Shown: piece by piece, positions 61,518 to 64,000 of the stretch | How the letters are laid out: every line of letters begins with the position of its first letter | Position numbering within the stretch: the stretch's first letter is position 1 | NCBI GenBank assembly: GCA_030704615.1 | Contig: CM060734.1 | Span: forward strand, 6,944,001-7,008,000 | DNA from: Takakia lepidozioides | Taxonomy: Eukaryota; Plantae; Bryophyta | Reading direction: 5' to 3' | Length of the DNA: 64,000 bases | Position numbers and translations under genes: made by a program | Notes under the pieces: generated by a model | Told to the model about the DNA's origin: nothing | What the model saw: only the letters and a program-made list of their open reading frames with translations | Databases searched by the model: none

Positions 61518-64000
61518 TCTAGAGGCCTTTGCTGTGTAAGTAGGAGAATAGTACAGGCAGAGGGGGAGGAGTGGGCAGCAGTACGAGCCCATTGGAGGGC
61601 TTCTTGTATTTGGGAGTCAGGAGGATGAGCAAAGCCGCGACCGGACCACCTGTGTTGGGTGGCAAGACATGTGGCGCCAAAGATTATGGTGTGGGCTGGC
61701 ATATGAGGTAAGTTCCATGGGGCACGTGAGTGGGCTAGAGTAGTAGGAGTGAGTAAGTTGGAAGGAGGAGATTAAGAGGCTAGACAGTTCTCTGGGGATA
61801 GTACTGTGAGTGTGTGCTTGTATTAGTTTGGATTGGACGCGGGGTTTTTTGGAGGGGATGTCCTTAAGGTATCGGTCCAATAGCCAGCAGATTTCAGTAG
61901 CGAAATCCTGTCTGGGTGGCAGTATCTGATATGCCTGTGGGTTAGGAGTAGAGTATTTATGCCAGAGCCACGCTAGCCAATCATTGGGGATGAGGCCAAT
62001 GTATCGGCCGCTGTGGGCGTAGATTTTTGACCGTTGAGGGCCCTGACAGATTAAGGGGGAGTCGTGGGAAATGTCTTTATCAGGGTTACGTTCGATAGTG
62101 TTGATGTGAATGTGAGGAATGGCGAGCGGGTAGGGAATGTTGTGGGCATCTGTGAGTTGTGCCTGGGAGACATGTTGCTGGTGAGTGTGTGTCAGGTAGT
62201 TAATGTTGGTACGTTTATGGAACGCAGTAAGGAGGGCGAGGTTGTGGATGGGGTCACAGTCGTCATGTGAACCAAAGAGGTCGTCCTCAATTTGCCAAGT
62301 GTTGTCATCTGAGGAAAAACCGGCCCATTTGCATAGGTAGTACGTATCCAGACATGTAGCGCCAAACGCGTCAGTTGATGTCTGGGTTCTGACCCCGAGA
62401 ATGTCTTCAATAATAAAGGCGGTGGAATTGTTAGGATCGGCACCAAAAGTAGGAGAACACGGCGGGGGGGAGGGGGGGATTATGTCTACCTCGGTGCTGT
62501 AAGAAGTAGCGGAGAGGGTGGGGGAGGTTTGAGTGTGCGAGTGAAGGGGTGGTGGGCTGGCAAGGTCATGACTACGGGTCTGGGTATGCGGTGAGGAGTA
62601 GGAGGGGGAGGGGGCTGTGGCGCAGGGGAGAGTGTCAATGGTACCAGTATCCTCGGCATGAGAGGATTTAAGCATTTGTAGGATAGAGGGGGCAGGGGCG
62701 GTACGAAAAGCGGGGAGTAGATCCTGCGGACTGTGGGGGAAAAGAAGACAGGGTAGGTCGCATTCAAGGGTACATGAGGCCGATGGGTGGCAAAATAGGG
62801 TACGGAGGTGGTTAAGGAATCTGCAGGTTTTGGGAGTGGCTCTGGAGTGTTTAAGGGTGAATTCTATGAGGGTCAAGAGGCAGTTGCCGGTGGCGGTGGT
62901 GAGCTTGGTGAGGGTCGTGATGTGTCGTCCTCTGAAATATTTGATGATAAGTATCTTTTGGCGGGGGAACTTGCGTTCGAATTGGGAGAGGAAAGGGCTC
63001 GTATGCCAGGCCTGTTCGAGGGGAGATATGGATTTAGGATAATCAGGGAGATCGGTTTGCACACTCGTTTTCATCTGGCGGAGTATGAATAGGGAGCGGG
63101 CAGTAGGGGAATGGAGACAAGACTGTGAGTGGAGGAAAGGTAGTGAGTGAAGTCCATTATACTTGGAGGCCAGGTGTTTGAGTAGCCCGCAGTAGATGAG
63201 ACCTAGACGGCCCGGGTCGTTGAGGGCTTCGAGTAGTTGGGAGCCAAGAGTGCGCGAGTATGATATTATTAAGAGACTAGTACCGATGCCATAGCTGTCC
63301 GTGGGGAGTTGAGTGAAAGCATTGGGAGTGCTAGTTGGGAGACCACAAATGCGCTTAGTGAGTTGGATAATTTGTCTGTCGATCTGGGTGATGTCAGGGA
63401 GGGAGAAGGGAGCCGCATCGAAGGAGTATTGGACCTGTGGTCTTAGGACGGATTCTATGAGGGAGAGTTTGGGCCTGATGGCTATGGGGGCTTTGAGGAG
63501 AGCCAGGCTTTTATTAGTTAGTTTGGTGAGTGTGGCGATTTTTTGTACATGCCATGTGAGCGAGGGGACAAGTTGAATACCTAAGTATGTGTAGGGTTCA
63601 TCAAGGCCTAGGAAGGGAAATGGTTTGTTCTGGTATTGGATGTATAGTTTGCAGTGTGACGCAATAGAAGATTTGGTAAGCTTACTGCGGTGGGTAGCCG
63701 CGGTGATGGGCGCATTTATGAAGACTTAGTTCCATTCCAGACCATTGGTTAAAGCGTGATAGTTTTTCAACTTGCCGGTTGAGGTGTTGGGGTTTGTGCG
63801 CAAGGATGGCAAGGTCATCCGCGTAAGCGGCAGCATAAATTTTGTTTGAGGAAGTTTTGTATTGGTATCCAAGTTTGCCACGTGCGATCCATCTGAGCAA
63901 GGGTTCAAGGAAGATGATAAAGAGGTAAGGACTAAGGGGGTCGCCTTGGATAGTGCCGCGTAGAATCGGGATGGGAGGGGTGGAACCATAATATGAGCTT
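61518..64000 (-). mobile_element. LINE copy 2, middle part: RT C-term, chromodomain (about 62270-62420), PCIF1-like domain (about 61535-62000); continues off the right edge
   Basis: QGDPLSPYLF, YADDL, YTYLG; FIIEDIL..YYLCKWAGFSSDDNTWQIEDDL; FATEICWLLDRY..YYSSPLTC..IFGA..GFAHPPD. Confidence 0.9.

Overview
Eukaryotic nuclear DNA, probably from a plant or streptophyte (GT-AG introns, plant-like SDE5/Smr, RPL32 and Pumilio sequences, short TTTAGGG boxes); the species cannot be determined. One apparently intact host gene (SDE5/At5g58720-like CUE-DUF1771-Smr protein, about 22.8-29.5 kb, +) lies in a nest of mostly decayed transposons. These are three related Ty3/Gypsy pieces, two copies of an RNase H + restriction-like-endonuclease LINE (Dualen/RandI-like), an 18.2-kb CACTA element with a 3-bp TSD, a 4.9-kb Mutator-like insertion inside the CACTA transposase, a 985-bp MITE, the 3' part of another LTR element and a patch of host-gene fragments. 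Three unrelated TE classes each carry a methyltransferase-type domain. (i) The Gypsy pol has a DNMT3-like C5 cytosine methyltransferase in frame between protease and RT, plus a C-terminal PHD finger. (ii) The LINE ORF has a chromodomain followed by a PCIF1/CAPAM-like N6-adenosine methyltransferase-fold domain between RT and RNase H. (iii) The CACTA carries a SET-domain gene. The Gypsy family also has unusual A-B-A 3' ends with a lone B at a 5' end. The Mutator-like element carries two intact head-to-head paralogous ORFs beside an array of 22-bp palindromes. All domain calls come from manual motif reading, not database searches.
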